Positions 1 through 10,150 of a stretch of DNA of 64,000 nt are shown in pieces. The stretch covers positions 576,001 through 640,000 of the forward strand of contig CBDBCR010000003.1 in NCBI GenBank assembly GCA_965203465.1, written 5' to 3'. The position numbers and the translations under genes were made by a program. Every line of letters begins with the position of its first letter. Positions within the stretch are counted from its first letter, which is position 1. Source of the DNA: Nitrosopumilaceae archaeon. GTDB lineage: Archaea > Thermoproteota > Nitrososphaeria > Nitrososphaerales > Nitrosopumilaceae. The notes under the pieces are model-generated. The model made no database searches, was not told the origin of the DNA, and was given only the letters and a program-made list of their open reading frames with translations.

Positions 1-3000
1 CACGTACACGGCCGGCCCCGCGCCCCCGTCGCCCACCGCGATGCCCGTGTACTGGGTCTCCTCGGTCCTGACCGGCTCCGAATAGTGCACGTACAGCGAG
101 TTGCTGCCCGCCAGCGAGGCGGAGACGTATTCTGGCGCGGCGTTGTCTATGGAGACCGAGCCGGAGGCGTCCGAGGGGCCGAACGAGGAGGCCCCTCCCC
201 GCTCGCCGGCGGAGTGTATGGTCACTGAGACGTCGGCCGGCCCGTCCTCGTCGGAGCTCGACACCGTGTACTTTGCGACCAGGCTGCGCGAGCCCGACTC
301 CACCCGGGCCTCGTTGGAGTTGACCGTGACCGATGCCGAATCTATGGCCGCGTCGGTCTTCATCTTTACCGTTATCGTGTCGCCCGATCTCGCGTACTCT
401 GGGGACAGCGCGTTGTCCGACTCGATGGTGAACGATTCGGCGCCGGCGAACAAAAGGTCGTTTGGCGCGTCGACGTACGGCGGCTCGCCGCTGGTGCGAG
501 CCAGGTTGCCGTTCTCGTCTGCCACGTTGCCGACCAGCTCCACGCGCAGCGACTTGCCGTCCGACGAGCGTATGCGCTCCTGCACTGTCAGCGTCACGGT
601 CCCGCCGTCCTCGGACGCGCCGGCCACGCCGCTGCCGCCCACCTCAAAGTCCGAGGCCGACACGGACGGATCGTGCAGGTCCTCGCTGAACTGCACCGAT
701 ATCCGGTCGGGGCCCGATATGGACGCGGACGCCATGTACGGGGGCACCCTGTCGCGCAGCCGCTCGACCTGCGCCGTGCCGGCGGGCGACGCGTTGCCCG
801 AGGTGTCCTCCGCCGCGCCTGCGTCTGCGCGCAGCGACAGCTCGTGCCAGTCCGAGATGGCGCTGCGCTGCTTTAGTGTCAGCTGGACGGGCGACGAGGC
901 GCCGTCGGCGGGGAGCGCCTGCGCGCCCGAAAGGTTTTGTTCAGAACCGGAGGGCCCGAGCAGCGCCAGCCCCGACGCGTCCAGCTCCTCCACCCGCTCG
1001 GTGAACTCGATGGTGAGCAGCCCGCTGCCCAGATCCAGCGAGGCCGATTCGAGCGACGGGCCGAGCACGTCGGCCGCGTCGGTCTCGACGCCCAGCACGT
1101 GCTGGCCCCCCACGGGGTTTGCCGAGGCGTCGCGCGCCGAGCCCGGATCCAGTTTCAGCCAGAGCGGCGCCCCGTGCGATATCACCCACTGCCGCTGACG
1201 CTCGTCCAGCCTTATCGACACGTCGTGGCCGTTTATGGCAGAGACCGACGCGCTGACGCTAGGCGTCTTTAGCGGTATGGCCGCCCCGCCCGACCGCAGC
1301 GAGAGCGCCTCCAGGTCCACGCTGCCCGGCGAGGGATCCATCGGCTCGTCGAACGATATCGCCAAAAGGCCGGTCCCCGCGTCGAGCGAGGCCGAGCTCG
1401 GCTCGGGCGGCCGGCTGTCGCCCGAGACCGAGGCCCGCACCGAGCCGCGCTCGCTGGCGTTGCCGGCAAGGTCGCGCGCGGCGCCGGCCGACATCTCCAG
1501 CACGGCCGCGGTCCGGAACGACGAGACGTCCAGTTTCTGCGGCTGCGTGAGCGTTATCCGGGCGGAGTTGCCCTCGATCTCGTAGGGGGCCGAGGCGTAC
1601 ATCCGCACGCGGTGGGACGAGTGGCCCTCCTCGAGCAGCGAAAGGTAGGCGGGGGCCAGCCGGCCGACCGGCTCGTCGAACTCGGCGGTCAGCACGCCGC
1701 TCGCCGCGTTGATGTACGCGTGTACCAGGCGCGGGGGCTGCGCGTCCGGGCGCGCCTCGACTTGGAGGGACTGTGCGGGCAGCGGGTTGCCCGACAGGTC
1801 CGAGACGGCGCCTTCCCCGATGCCCAGCTCGAAGCCCGAGCCCGGCGCCGAGAGGCGCGCCTCTCCCACAAAGACGACCAAGTCGTAGCCGTCCGAGCCG
1901 GGGATCTCCGCCGAAAGGTCCGCGCCCCACTCGCCCGAGCTCAGGCGCATGCCGCCGACGTCGGCGCCGTACGCGTCGATGTGCTCGTCGAACTTTATCC
2001 TCAGGCTGCCGTCGCCAAGATCCAGCACCGGCGCCCCGAGCACGCCGGGGGGCGCCGCGTCGGGCACGACCCGCACCTTGCCGCCCTGCGCGCCGCCGGC
2101 GATGCCGAGGCCCGCCGCGTCGCGCGCGCCCGAATCGATGCGGACCGTGTCCAGTACTTGGCCCGCCGAGGGGCGCTCGAACGCAGAGACGGGCCGCAGG
2201 CGCGCCTCGCCAAAGTCTGGATCGGTGGCCGCCGCCTTTTGCGGCCCGGTAAGCTCCAGCACGACGCGGTTCGCGTACCCGTCCGCGTCCACCGAGGCCC
2301 CCTCCAGGCTCACCTTCCGGGCGCCCTCTTCGTCTCCGACGGACACGGCCGCCGGATCGATTGAAGAGGCGTCTATGTATTCGCTGAATACCAGCGTCAG
2401 CGTGCCGGCCCCCAGATCCAGCGCCGATTCGGACCAGGCCGCCTCCGGGGGAGTGCGGTCCGGCGTCACGCCAGCGCCCAGCTGCGCGCGGGCCGACGCG
2501 TTGCCCGCCGCGTCTTGGAACGCGCCCGCCTCTGCGGCGATCGAGATCTCGCGCAGCGCGGACAGTTTCGAGCGCGCCTGCTCCCCGAGATCCAGGCGCG
2601 CCTCGCCGCCGTCCAGGGCCGGCCGGCCCGACAGCGCGATCCCGGCCGCCTTTACGAGCGGCGCGTCCAGCCTTCCGACCGCCTCGTCGAACTTTAGCAG
2701 CGCGGTCCCCGCGTCCAAGTCCAGGTGCGCCGACAGCAGCGAGGGCGGCTGCCCGTCGCCGGCCGACGCGGACGCGTCCTGCATGCGGTGCTCGTGCCCG
2801 CCGCCGGTCCAGGCCGCCTCGTACACGTGGAACCGCGCCTCGGCGTCGACTGCCGCGGCCGGGCCGTCGAACGAGACGGTGTGGGAGTTTCCGCTTTCGG
2901 AGACTGACACGACGCTCCTCGCGCCGCCCGGAAAGAGCACCAGATCCGAATAGGACGCCCCGGCGCAGTCAGAGCAGCCCTGGTCGGCCCCGAACAGCCC

Positions 3001-3129
3001 CGAGTACGTCACGGTGATCTCGTTGGGCCCGCTGACCGAGGCCCCCGACACGTGGACGCTGCCCGTGTGGGCCCACGCCGGGGACGCGGCCGCCATCGCG
3101 CACAGGGCCGCGCACGCCAAGAGCTTCAC
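1..3129 (-). CDS. Large secreted surface protein with repeated beta-sandwich (Ig-like) modules; 3'-truncated by the window edge
   Basis: Not in the ORF track because it runs off the edge. GTG at 3129 gives signal peptide MKLLACAALCAMAAASPAWAH. Recurrent motifs such as LDLGAGTLTLVFSEYID, FDEHID and FDEPMD. The + strand shadow ORFs 101, 1235, 1949 and 3014 share one register, consistent with a single continuous minus-strand frame. Confidence 0.8.
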   Translation of the reverse strand, partial: MKLLACAALCAMAAASPAWAHTGSVHVSGASVSGPNEITVTYSGLFGADQGCSDCAGASYSDLVLFPGGARSVVSVSESGNSHTVSFDGPAAAVDAEARFHVYEAAWTGGGHEHRMQDASASAGDGQPPSLLSAHLDLDAGTALLKFDEAVGRLDAPLVKAAGIALSGRPALDGGEARLDLGEQARSKLSALREISIAAEAGAFQDAAGNASARAQLGAGVTPDRTPPEAAWSESALDLGAGTLTLVFSEYIDASSIDPAAVSVGDEEGARKVSLEGASVDADGYANRVVLELTGPQKAAATDPDFGEARLRPVSAFERPSAGQVLDTVRIDSGARDAAGLGIAGGAQGGKVRVVPDAAPPGVLGAPVLDLGDGSLRIKFDEHIDAYGADVGGMRLSSGEWGADLSAEIPGSDGYDLVVFVGEARLSAPGSGFELGIGEGAVSDLSGNPLPAQSLQVEARPDAQPPRLVHAYINAASGVLTAEFDEPVGRLAPAYLSLLEEGHSSHRVRMYASAPYEIEGNSARITLTQPQKLDVSSFRTAAVLEMSAGAARDLAGNASERGSVRASVSGDSRPPEPSSASLDAGTGLLAISFDEPMDPSPGSVDLEALSLRSGGAAIPLKTPSVSASVSAINGHDVSIRLDERQRQWVISHGAPLWLKLDPGSARDASANPVGGQHVLGVETDAADVLGPSLESASLDLGSGLLTIEFTERVEELDASGLALLGPSGSEQNLSGAQALPADGASSPVQLTLKQRSAISDWHELSLRADAGAAEDTSGNASPAGTAQVERLRDRVPPYMASASISGPDRISVQFSEDLHDPSVSASDFEVGGSGVAGASEDGGTVTLTVQERIRSSDGKSLRVELVGNVADENGNLARTSGEPPYVDAPNDLLFAGAESFTIESDNALSPEYARSGDTITVKMKTDAAIDSASVTVNSNEARVESGSRSLVAKYTVSSSDEDGPADVSVTIHSAGERGGASSFGPSDASGSVSIDNAAPEYVSASLAGSNSLYVHYSEPVRTEETQYTGIAVGDGGAGPAVYV

Positions 3130-3167
3130 GGAGCGCCCCCCTCGCGCACTCGTAAAAAAACGTGCCG

Positions 3168-3944
3168 TCACGCCGCCGACCTCGCGATGGAGGCCGCGAC
3201 GGCGCCGGCCGCTATCCCGTTGTCTATGTTGACCACGGCCAGGCCCAGCGAGCAGCTCTGCAGCATGGACGAAAGGGCCCCCTCGCCGCCGCCGCCGTGC
3301 CCGTAGCCCACCGAGACGGGCAGGCCTATGACCGGCACGTCCACCAGGGAGGCCGTCACGGTCGCCAGGGCCCCCTCCATGCCTGCCGCCGCCACGACGG
3401 CCGAGGCGCCGCCCTCGACGAACTTTTTGAGCTCGGGCAGCAGGCGGTGCAGGCCGGCCACGCCCACGTCGTACGAGGTCAGGCAGGCGCACCCCATGGC
3501 GCCGGCCATCAGGCGCGCCTCCTCTGCCACCCCCACGTCCGAGGTGCCCGCCGCCAGTATCCCGACGGTGCCGCGCGGGCTCGGCGGCTCGCCCGAGCGC
3601 ACGTGTATGGTCGAGCAGCGCAGGCCCGTCTCGACGCGGCCCAGCGTGCGCGCGTGCGAGACCGCCTCGTCCATGTGCTCGGGCCGTATCCGGGAGACGA
3701 CCGCCGAGCCGCAGGCCTCCACGACGCGCGACATTATCGACAGCGTGTCGGGCAGCTCCTTCGACTCTGCGTACACCACCTCGGGCGCGCCGCTGCGGTT
3801 CTGCCTGCCCGTGTCAAGCTTTGCCATCTCCTGTATCCGGTCTATCGAATGCAGGTTTATGCGCTTTTTGGCCTCGTCCACGCCGATGCTGCCCGACGAG
3901 AGCTCGCGCAGTATCTCGTCGAGCGGCCCGCCCCGGCTAGCCAA
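3168..3944 (-). CDS. larB: Nickel pincer cofactor biosynthesis protein LarB (PurE-like)
   Basis: Motifs [52 protein letters not shown]. Confidence 0.93.
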   Translation of the reverse strand: MASRGGPLDEILRELSSGSIGVDEAKKRINLHSIDRIQEMAKLDTGRQNRSGAPEVVYAESKELPDTLSIMSRVVEACGSAVVSRIRPEHMDEAVSHARTLGRVETGLRCSTIHVRSGEPPSPRGTVGILAAGTSDVGVAEEARLMAGAMGCACLTSYDVGVAGLHRLLPELKKFVEGGASAVVAAAGMEGALATVTASLVDVPVIGLPVSVGYGHGGGGEGALSSMLQSCSLGLAVVNIDNGIAAGAVAASIARSAA

Positions 3945-4848
3945 GGCCCGATACTGCTTCCCTGACGCTGGCCGCGGCCTTGTCGAAGGCCTCCTTTTCG
4001 GGGCCGTCCAGATCCAGTTCTATTATCTTGCGCACGCCGCCCCTGCCCACGACCGCCGGCACGCCGACTGTCACGCCGGAGTGGCCGTACTCGCCGTCCA
4101 GGAGCGTCGAGACGGGCATGACGCTCTTTTCGTCGCGCTTTACGGCCGCTATCATCGACGATATCGCGTTGCCCGGCGCGTGCACCGTGGCCCCCTTGCG
4201 CTCTATGACCTTGGCTGCCGCCTGCTTTGTGTCGCGCACCAGCCCGTCGAGGCTCTCGGGCGGCAGCAGCGAGACGAGAGGTATGCCCGAGACCGACGAA
4301 AAGCGCGGCAGCGGCACCATGTGCTCGCCGTGCTCGCCTATCACCATCGCCCTTATCGAGCCGCGCGAGTGCCCGGTGGCCTCGTGTATGAACTGCACGA
4401 ACCGCGACAGGTCCAGCATGCCGCCCATCCCGAGCACGCGCGACCTCTCAAAGCCGGAGACCTTCTGCGCGACGTGCGTCATGGGGTCTAGCGGGTTGGT
4501 GACAGGGATCAGCACGGCGTCGGGCGCGTGCCTCTTGACCTGCTCGGCGACCGACTTTACCACGCCCGAGTTGGTCTTTAGCAGGTCCATGCGGGTCATG
4601 CCCGGCTTGCGCCCCGAGCCGGCCACGACGACCACTATGTCGGAGCCGCGCATCTGCCCGTAGTCGTTGGAGCCGCGCACCTCCACGTCGATGCCGAGCT
4701 CGGAGAGCGCGTGGCCGATGTCCATGGCCTCGCCCTGCGGGAGCCCCTCGGCTATGTCGAGCAGCAGCACCTGATCGTCGAGGCGCTTGAGCGCCGTAAA
4801 GAGCGCCGCGTCCCCGCCCACCTTGCCGGAGCCGACTATGGTTATCAA
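3937..4848 (-). CDS. mdh: Malate dehydrogenase (LDH-like)
   Basis: GSGKVG Rossmann motif, [27 protein letters not shown]. Confidence 0.93.
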   Translation of the reverse strand: MITIVGSGKVGGDAALFTALKRLDDQVLLLDIAEGLPQGEAMDIGHALSELGIDVEVRGSNDYGQMRGSDIVVVVAGSGRKPGMTRMDLLKTNSGVVKSVAEQVKRHAPDAVLIPVTNPLDPMTHVAQKVSGFERSRVLGMGGMLDLSRFVQFIHEATGHSRGSIRAMVIGEHGEHMVPLPRFSSVSGIPLVSLLPPESLDGLVRDTKQAAAKVIERKGATVHAPGNAISSMIAAVKRDEKSVMPVSTLLDGEYGHSGVTVGVPAVVGRGGVRKIIELDLDGPEKEAFDKAAASVREAVSGLG

Positions 4849-4894
4849 CTGGGCGCCCCGCGGCCGTTTGTTAATTAAACCTAGATCGGGCGGC

Positions 4895-5379
4895 GGCCGC
4901 TAGGAGCGCCGCGATCCTGGACGTGTTCTTTCCGTTCTTCGAGGCGCCCCCGACGTCCGGCGGGGGTGCCGGGCGCGCGAGGCGCGGCGAAGCGGCGCGG
5001 GCCGGCACGGCGCTGCGCGGCCGGTCCGCGGGGCTTCCCCGCAGGGCCGAACGCGCGCCGCCCGGCGCGGATCTGGCGCGCCGGATGGAGGACGAGGCGA
5101 TCGCGTCAGGATGCGGCTCGCCTGGGGAGGGCAAGCCGGACACGGGGCCGGAAAACGCGGCGCCGTGCCTCTACGTGCGCATCCGGAACTGCGCCCTACG
5201 AGCGAGGCCGAAAGGACGCTCCGCCCCATCGCGATCCAGCGCCTGATCGGGAAGCGCCACGTGGCCGAGGGGACGGGCGCGTTCAGCGCGATCATGGCCT
5301 GCGCGCCGACCCGGCGCAAGCGGGGCCTGAACGTCCACGGCGAGTTCTGCCGGCGCCTATCGACGGCCCGGCCGCTTAC
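4895..5379 (+). mobile_element. Degenerate IS66-family transposase fragment with right terminal inverted repeat
   Basis: Frameshifted remnants AAILDVFFPF and HPELRPTSEAERTLRPIAIQRLIGK...CAPTRRKRGLNVHGEF resemble the IS66 TnpC C-terminus. Ends in ...GGCCGCTTAC (GTAAGCG on the other strand, the IS66-type terminus). Left boundary approximate. Confidence 0.7.
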
Positions 5380-5427
5380 CCGCGTGCTTCCAGAAGGCTA
5401 TTTAATGCAGAATGCGAGGCGGCGCCG

Positions 5428-5646
5428 TTGGCAACAATACACGTGTCCGAAGAATCTATGGGGAGGTGGGAGTCCAACAGGCGTCCGGGGGAAACGGTGG
5501 AGCAGATGATCAACAGGGTGCTCGACGACGCCGAGGACGAGAGATCGGCAGAGCAGTATATTCTGGATGCGAAAGAGGCGAGAAAAGATCTAGCGGAAGG
5601 CCGGTGCGTCTCGCACGAGGAAGTCAAGCGAATGTACGGATCATAA
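5428..5646 (+). CDS. Antitoxin, RelB-like archaeal RHH type
   Basis: TTG start about 25 nt after the TATA-like TATTTAA. MATIHVSEES...GETVEQMINRVLD...EARKDLAEGRCVSHEEVK is a typical antitoxin pattern. Directly upstream of a RelE-like sequence. Confidence 0.75.
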   Translation: MATIHVSEESMGRWESNRRPGETVEQMINRVLDDAEDERSAEQYILDAKEARKDLAEGRCVSHEEVKRMYGS

Positions 5647-5890
5647 CTTGGAATGTACGGTGGACTAAAAAGCACTCAAAGAGATTGGCCAGATTGCGAG
5701 CCGCGACGTTGACCGCATTCTGCAAAGCACCGAATACGTCTTGGAAGAGCCTGCCAAAAATTTGGAAAAACTGACAAACTCCCCGTACAAGTACAGGGTG
5801 GGAGATTGCCGCGTCGTCGCAGATGTTATCCACGACCAGCAACTTCTGCCAGTGACAAGGGTCAGAAAATGCGCCAGGGCGTACGGATGA
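5643..5890 (+). pseudogene. RelE/StbE-family toxin, disrupted (ATA in place of ATG; frameshift in A5 run at 5667-5671)
   Basis: Joining the frames gives (I)TWNVRWTKKALKEIGQIASRDVDRILQ...NLEKLTNSPYKYRVGDCRVVADV...VTRVRKCARAYG, which matches the RelE pattern (Y-R-V-G-D-Y-R-V). Confidence 0.75.
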
Positions 5891-6236
5891 TCCCTCGAAA
5901 AAGAAAAGCGGGCGGGGCGGCCGGGCCGGCGCCCAAGACGGGTGGGGACGCTGCGGCAGCCCGAACCGGGCGGCGGCGCTGGCCCCGGCCGGGGGCTGCG
6001 CGCAGGACGGGGCCGGCCGCCTGGCGAGCGAGGCCGTTGCGCCCAGCCCGGCAGCGTTTGCGATCGGGAACCGTCCGCCCGTAGGCCGAATTTTTGGGCC
6101 AAACGGACGCGTGCGCTCGCCCCTTCCAGACCGGCCGCGCCTAGCGATCGGATCTCGTGCGCGGCAAAACGGGATTCGGCTAGCCAAGCTCGCACCCTCC
6201 GGCGCAACTTATATCCATTTCAGGGCGCGCCTCCGC

Positions 6237-7433
6237 GTGGTGATCGTCATAGACCCGTCGGTGGCAGGCGTCTCGGGGGACATGCTGCTCTGCGCCCTTG
6301 TGGACGCGGGCGCCGGCGCGGGCGCCGTCTCCGAGGCGTGCTCGCAGGCGGCCCTCTGCCTGCCCGGCACCCGCTCGGCGGAGGTGGGGTTCGTAAAGTC
6401 CTCGAGGCGCGGCGTGGCGTGCACCTGCATTGAACTGAAGATAGACGAGGACGGCGTAGCGCGCCCGGCCTCCGAGGTGGTCGCGGCGGTGCGCCAAGCT
6501 TCGGAAAAGATCCTGACCGAAAGGCCCGCCGCGTACGCGGTCTCGTGCGCCGAGAGGCTCGCGCGCGCCGAGGCCGGCGTGCACGGGGGCCAGAGCGCCC
6601 ACCTGCACGAGGCCGCCGGCGCCGACACGCTCGTCGACATAGTGGGGTGCGCCTTTGCGCTCGAACAGCTGGGCGCGTTCGAAGACGAGATAGCGTGCAT
6701 GCCCGTGGCGCTCGGCTCCGGCACGGTCGAGTTTTCCCACGGCACCTCGCCGTGCCCCGCCTACGCGGTGCTCGAGATACTGAAAGGCACCGGCATAGAG
6801 TCGCACGGGACGCCGGCGCGCGCCGAGCTTGCCACGCCGACCGGCGCGGCGCTGCTCGCGGGGCTGGTGGAATCCAGCTCCAGGTTCTACCCGCCCGTGT
6901 CCGCAGAGGCGGTCGGGTACGGCGGCGGCGCGCGCGACTTTGTGGAGTTTGCGAACGTGCTGCGCGTGGTGCGCGGCCGGCCGTCGTGGCGGGGAGGATC
7001 GGTGACGGTGCTCGAGACCAGCATAGACGACGCCACCGGCGAGCAGGTCGGCGCCATGATAGAAAAGCTGCAGGGCACGGTGCTCGACGTCTCGGTGGTC
7101 CCGGCCGTCTCCAAAAAGAACCGCCCGTCGTACTGCGTCTGGATAGTCTGCGAGCACCAAGACGCTCAGCGCGCGGCCGGCGTTCTGCACGCGTCCACGG
7201 GGACGCTGGGCGTCAGGGCGCGCAGGACCGAGCGCATGGAATACGCGCGCTCTGAAAAGTCCGAAAGGGTGCGCGTGCGCGGAAAAGAGTTCGACGTGCG
7301 GTTCAAGTCCGGCGCGGGCGGGGAGATAGTAAAGCCCGAGTTCGAGGACGTGCGGCGCGTCTCCGAAGAGTGCGGCCTGACGCTGCGCGAGGCGGACGCG
7401 GCGGTGCGCGCTGCGCTGGGGGGCCGGGCTTGA
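6237..7433 (+). CDS. larC: Nickel insertion protein LarC
   Basis: AGVSGDML, AEAGVHG, HLHEAAGADTLVDI, ELATPTGAA, VLETSIDD, KPEFEDV. Start trimmed to the GTG downstream of TTATAT. Confidence 0.92.
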   Translation: MVIVIDPSVAGVSGDMLLCALVDAGAGAGAVSEACSQAALCLPGTRSAEVGFVKSSRRGVACTCIELKIDEDGVARPASEVVAAVRQASEKILTERPAAYAVSCAERLARAEAGVHGGQSAHLHEAAGADTLVDIVGCAFALEQLGAFEDEIACMPVALGSGTVEFSHGTSPCPAYAVLEILKGTGIESHGTPARAELATPTGAALLAGLVESSSRFYPPVSAEAVGYGGGARDFVEFANVLRVVRGRPSWRGGSVTVLETSIDDATGEQVGAMIEKLQGTVLDVSVVPAVSKKNRPSYCVWIVCEHQDAQRAAGVLHASTGTLGVRARRTERMEYARSEKSERVRVRGKEFDVRFKSGAGGEIVKPEFEDVRRVSEECGLTLREADAAVRAALGGRA

Positions 7434-8203
7434 GCCTCCGGTCGTGGTTCGAGGGGAGGGGGCGGGTCTTGGTGGCCCTTTCGGGCGGCGTGGACAGCGC
7501 CCTCGTCGCGCACGCGGCGCGCTCTGCGCTAGGCGGCGGGGCACTGGCCGTCACGGCCGACTACCAGACGCTGGCCTCCGAGGAGCTGGCCTCGGCCCGG
7601 CAGGTGGCAGGGCAGATAGGCATAGAGCACCAGGTCGTCCGGTACAGCGAGCTGGAAGACGAGGTGTTTGCGCGCAACGGCAAGGACAGGTGCTTCCACT
7701 GCAGGACGGCCCTCGGCGGGCGGCTGCTGGAGATGGCCGCGGGCCGCGGCATCGGTACCGTGGTGGACGGCACGCACGCGGGCGACGAGGGCGAGTACCG
7801 GCCCGGCATCGAGGCGATGCGCGGCGCCGGCGTGCGCAGCCCGCTCGCCGAGCTCGGCATCGCAAAGCCGCAGGTGCGCAGGATGGCGAGGGAGGCTGGC
7901 CTCGAGGTGCACGACCGCCCGTCCAACTCTTGCCTGGCCTCCCGGATACCCTGGGGGCGGCGCGTGACCGCAGAGCGCCTGCTGCGCGTGGAGCTCGGCG
8001 AGCGGATGGTGCGCGAAAAGTTCGGCCTGCGGCAGGTGCGCGTGCGGGACGCGGGCGGGCGGGCGCGCATAGAGGTGATGCCCCCCGACGTGGAGCGCGT
8101 GAGCGCCGGGCGCAGCGCGCTGGAAAACGGGTTCGCCGCGCTGGGTTTTTCGTCGCTCGAAGTCGACCCGCGCGGGTACTCGCCGGGGGGCGCCAACGCT
8201 TGA
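7430..8203 (+). CDS. larE: PP-loop sulfur transferase LarE
   Basis: SGGVDS PP-loop, RCFHCR, YRPG, SNSCLASRIP. Start overlaps the larC stop. Confidence 0.92.
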   Translation: MSLRSWFEGRGRVLVALSGGVDSALVAHAARSALGGGALAVTADYQTLASEELASARQVAGQIGIEHQVVRYSELEDEVFARNGKDRCFHCRTALGGRLLEMAAGRGIGTVVDGTHAGDEGEYRPGIEAMRGAGVRSPLAELGIAKPQVRRMAREAGLEVHDRPSNSCLASRIPWGRRVTAERLLRVELGERMVREKFGLRQVRVRDAGGRARIEVMPPDVERVSAGRSALENGFAALGFSSLEVDPRGYSPGGANA

Positions 8204-9339
8204 TCTACATGGACAGCGCGGCCTCCACGCCGGTGGATCCGCGCGTGCTCGAAGAGATGGCGCCGTACATGTCCGGGCAGTTCGGCAACCCCTCGTCGGT
8301 CCACCGCATGGGCCGCCAGGCCGCAAGGGCCGTCGGCGCGGCGCGCAGGGAGGTGGCAGAACTGATAAACGCCGATCCCTCCGAGATAGTGTTCACGTCC
8401 GGCGGCACCGAATCGGACAACACCGCCCTGCGCTCGGCGCGCGGCAAAATAGTCACCTCCCAGATAGAGCACGAGGCGGTCTTGGCCGCCTGCAGGCGCC
8501 TCGAGTCCGAGGGCGCAAAAGTCTCGTACCTGCCCGTCGACGGCGCCGGAATGGTGGACATGGGGGCGCTGCGCCGCGAGGCGCCCGGCGCCGCGCTTGT
8601 CAGCATAATGCTGGCGAACAACGAGGTCGGCACGGTCCAGCCCATGGCCCAGATATCGCGCGTCTGCAAGGAGGCCGGCGCCCTCTTGCACACCGACGCG
8701 GTGCAGGCCGTCGGCAGGATGCCCGTCGACGTGCGGGAGCTCGGAGTCGACATGCTCTCGCTTTCGGGCCACAAGCTCAACGGGCCCAAGGGGTGCGGCG
8801 CCCTCTACGTGAGGAGGGGCGCCCGGGCCGCGCCGCTGCTCGAAGGCGGCGGCCAGGAGGGAGGGCTGCGCTCCGGCACGGAGAACGTGCCGGCCATAGT
8901 CGGCCTGGGGGCCGCGTGCAGGATCTGCCGCCAGGAGATGGACGCGAGGGTCGCGGGGTGCGATCGGGTGCGGGCCCGCATGTCCGGGCGCATACTCTCC
9001 GAGGTGCCCCTCTCTGTGCTCAACGGCGACGCCGGGCGGCGCGTGCCCGGGAACATGCACTTTTCCTTCCCGGGCGTCGAGGGCGAGGACTTGGTGGTAA
9101 AGCTGGACGAGTACGGCGTGGCCGCCTCGACCGGCTCGGCGTGCGCCGTCAACCGGCAGTCCGAATCCCACGTGCTGCTGGCCATGGGGCTGGGCCGCGA
9201 GATGGTCGCCGGATCGCTGCGGCTCACGCCGGGCGCGCAGACGAGCGACGCCGAGGCCGACGAGGCGGTCGAGGCGGTCAAGCGCGCCGTATCAGAGCTG
9301 CGGCGCGTCTCGCCGCTGCGCGCAAAGTACGGGTTCTGA
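8200..9339 (+). CDS. iscS: Cysteine desulfurase (IscS/NifS group I)
   Basis: IYMDSAASTP, GNPSSVH, FTSGGTESDN, DAVQA, SGHK (PLP lysine), STGSAC. Confidence 0.93.
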   Translation: MIYMDSAASTPVDPRVLEEMAPYMSGQFGNPSSVHRMGRQAARAVGAARREVAELINADPSEIVFTSGGTESDNTALRSARGKIVTSQIEHEAVLAACRRLESEGAKVSYLPVDGAGMVDMGALRREAPGAALVSIMLANNEVGTVQPMAQISRVCKEAGALLHTDAVQAVGRMPVDVRELGVDMLSLSGHKLNGPKGCGALYVRRGARAAPLLEGGGQEGGLRSGTENVPAIVGLGAACRICRQEMDARVAGCDRVRARMSGRILSEVPLSVLNGDAGRRVPGNMHFSFPGVEGEDLVVKLDEYGVAASTGSACAVNRQSESHVLLAMGLGREMVAGSLRLTPGAQTSDAEADEAVEAVKRAVSELRRVSPLRAKYGF

Positions 9340-10150
9340 GGCGCGCGGCGGCCGCCGGCAGCGCCGAGGCCGCGAGGATCGCCCCGGCCGCGCCGAACTC
9401 GGGCACCACGCAGGTTCCTATCACCTCTACTTCCTGGGCGCCGCGCTCAAAGTCGGCCTCGACGGTGCGGTGCGTCGGCGTGGATTCCAGCTGCCGGTGC
9501 TGCACCTGCTCGCCGTCCACGCGCACGATGTAGGTGTCGTCGGGCCCGTCGCACCCGCCCGTCCCCGATTCGCTGCCGCTGATGCGCGCGTCTATCGACC
9601 GCCTCGGCAGCTCGAGGCGGAGCGTGCCGTCGGAGGGCGACGAGATGCCCACCTTCAGCGAGAGGCCCTGCTCGTCTACGGACATCGAGTCCACCGCGCC
9701 GCCGGCCACCGTGTAGCCGACGCCGAACGAGGAGAGCGGATCGGGCATGATCACCTCGTATATGTCCGTCACCGGCACGACGTCGGCGTCGGGCTTGAAG
9801 CCGAACTGCCTCTCGGTGGAGCTGACCCCCCCGTAGGAGACCTTTACGGTGTAGGTGCCCTCTTTTTGCCACAGCGGCCCGCTCGCCAGCAGCGTGTAAA
9901 GGTACGTGCCGTCCTCGGCGGGCAGCTCTTGGTGCACCTCGCGCAGGTCGTCGGCGCCGTGGAATATCTGGATTATCACGGGCGTGTCGTCCAAGCGCAC
10001 GCCCACCTTGCCCGATATGACCACCACCTCGCCGGCGGTGTACTCTTCCTGCGAGAGGCTCAGCGTGACGCCCTGCTGCGAGGCGGCGTACGGGGCCGCG
10101 CCGAGCGCGGCCACGGCGAGCGCGGCCAGTATCGCAGCTGCTGCATTCAC
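9278..10150 (-). CDS. PEFG-CTERM sorting-domain surface protein
   Basis: Signal peptide from GTG 10150; C-terminal VVPEFG followed by a hydrophobic helix and basic tail. Confidence 0.85.
   Translation of the reverse strand: MNAAAAILAALAVAALGAAPYAASQQGVTLSLSQEEYTAGEVVVISGKVGVRLDDTPVIIQIFHGADDLREVHQELPAEDGTYLYTLLASGPLWQKEGTYTVKVSYGGVSSTERQFGFKPDADVVPVTDIYEVIMPDPLSSFGVGYTVAGGAVDSMSVDEQGLSLKVGISSPSDGTLRLELPRRSIDARISGSESGTGGCDGPDDTYIVRVDGEQVQHRQLESTPTHRTVEADFERGAQEVEVIGTCVVPEFGAAGAILAASALPAAAARLRTRTLRAAARRAAALIRRA

Noticed and set aside
101-2953. Long Ser/Ala/Arg-rich + strand ORFs (also 26972-32238 and many others)
   Set aside because: Antisense or alternate-frame shadows of real genes in high-GC DNA; no recognisable motifs.
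5891-6230. Short ORFs between relE and larC
   Set aside because: Low-complexity GC-rich translations with no motif support.
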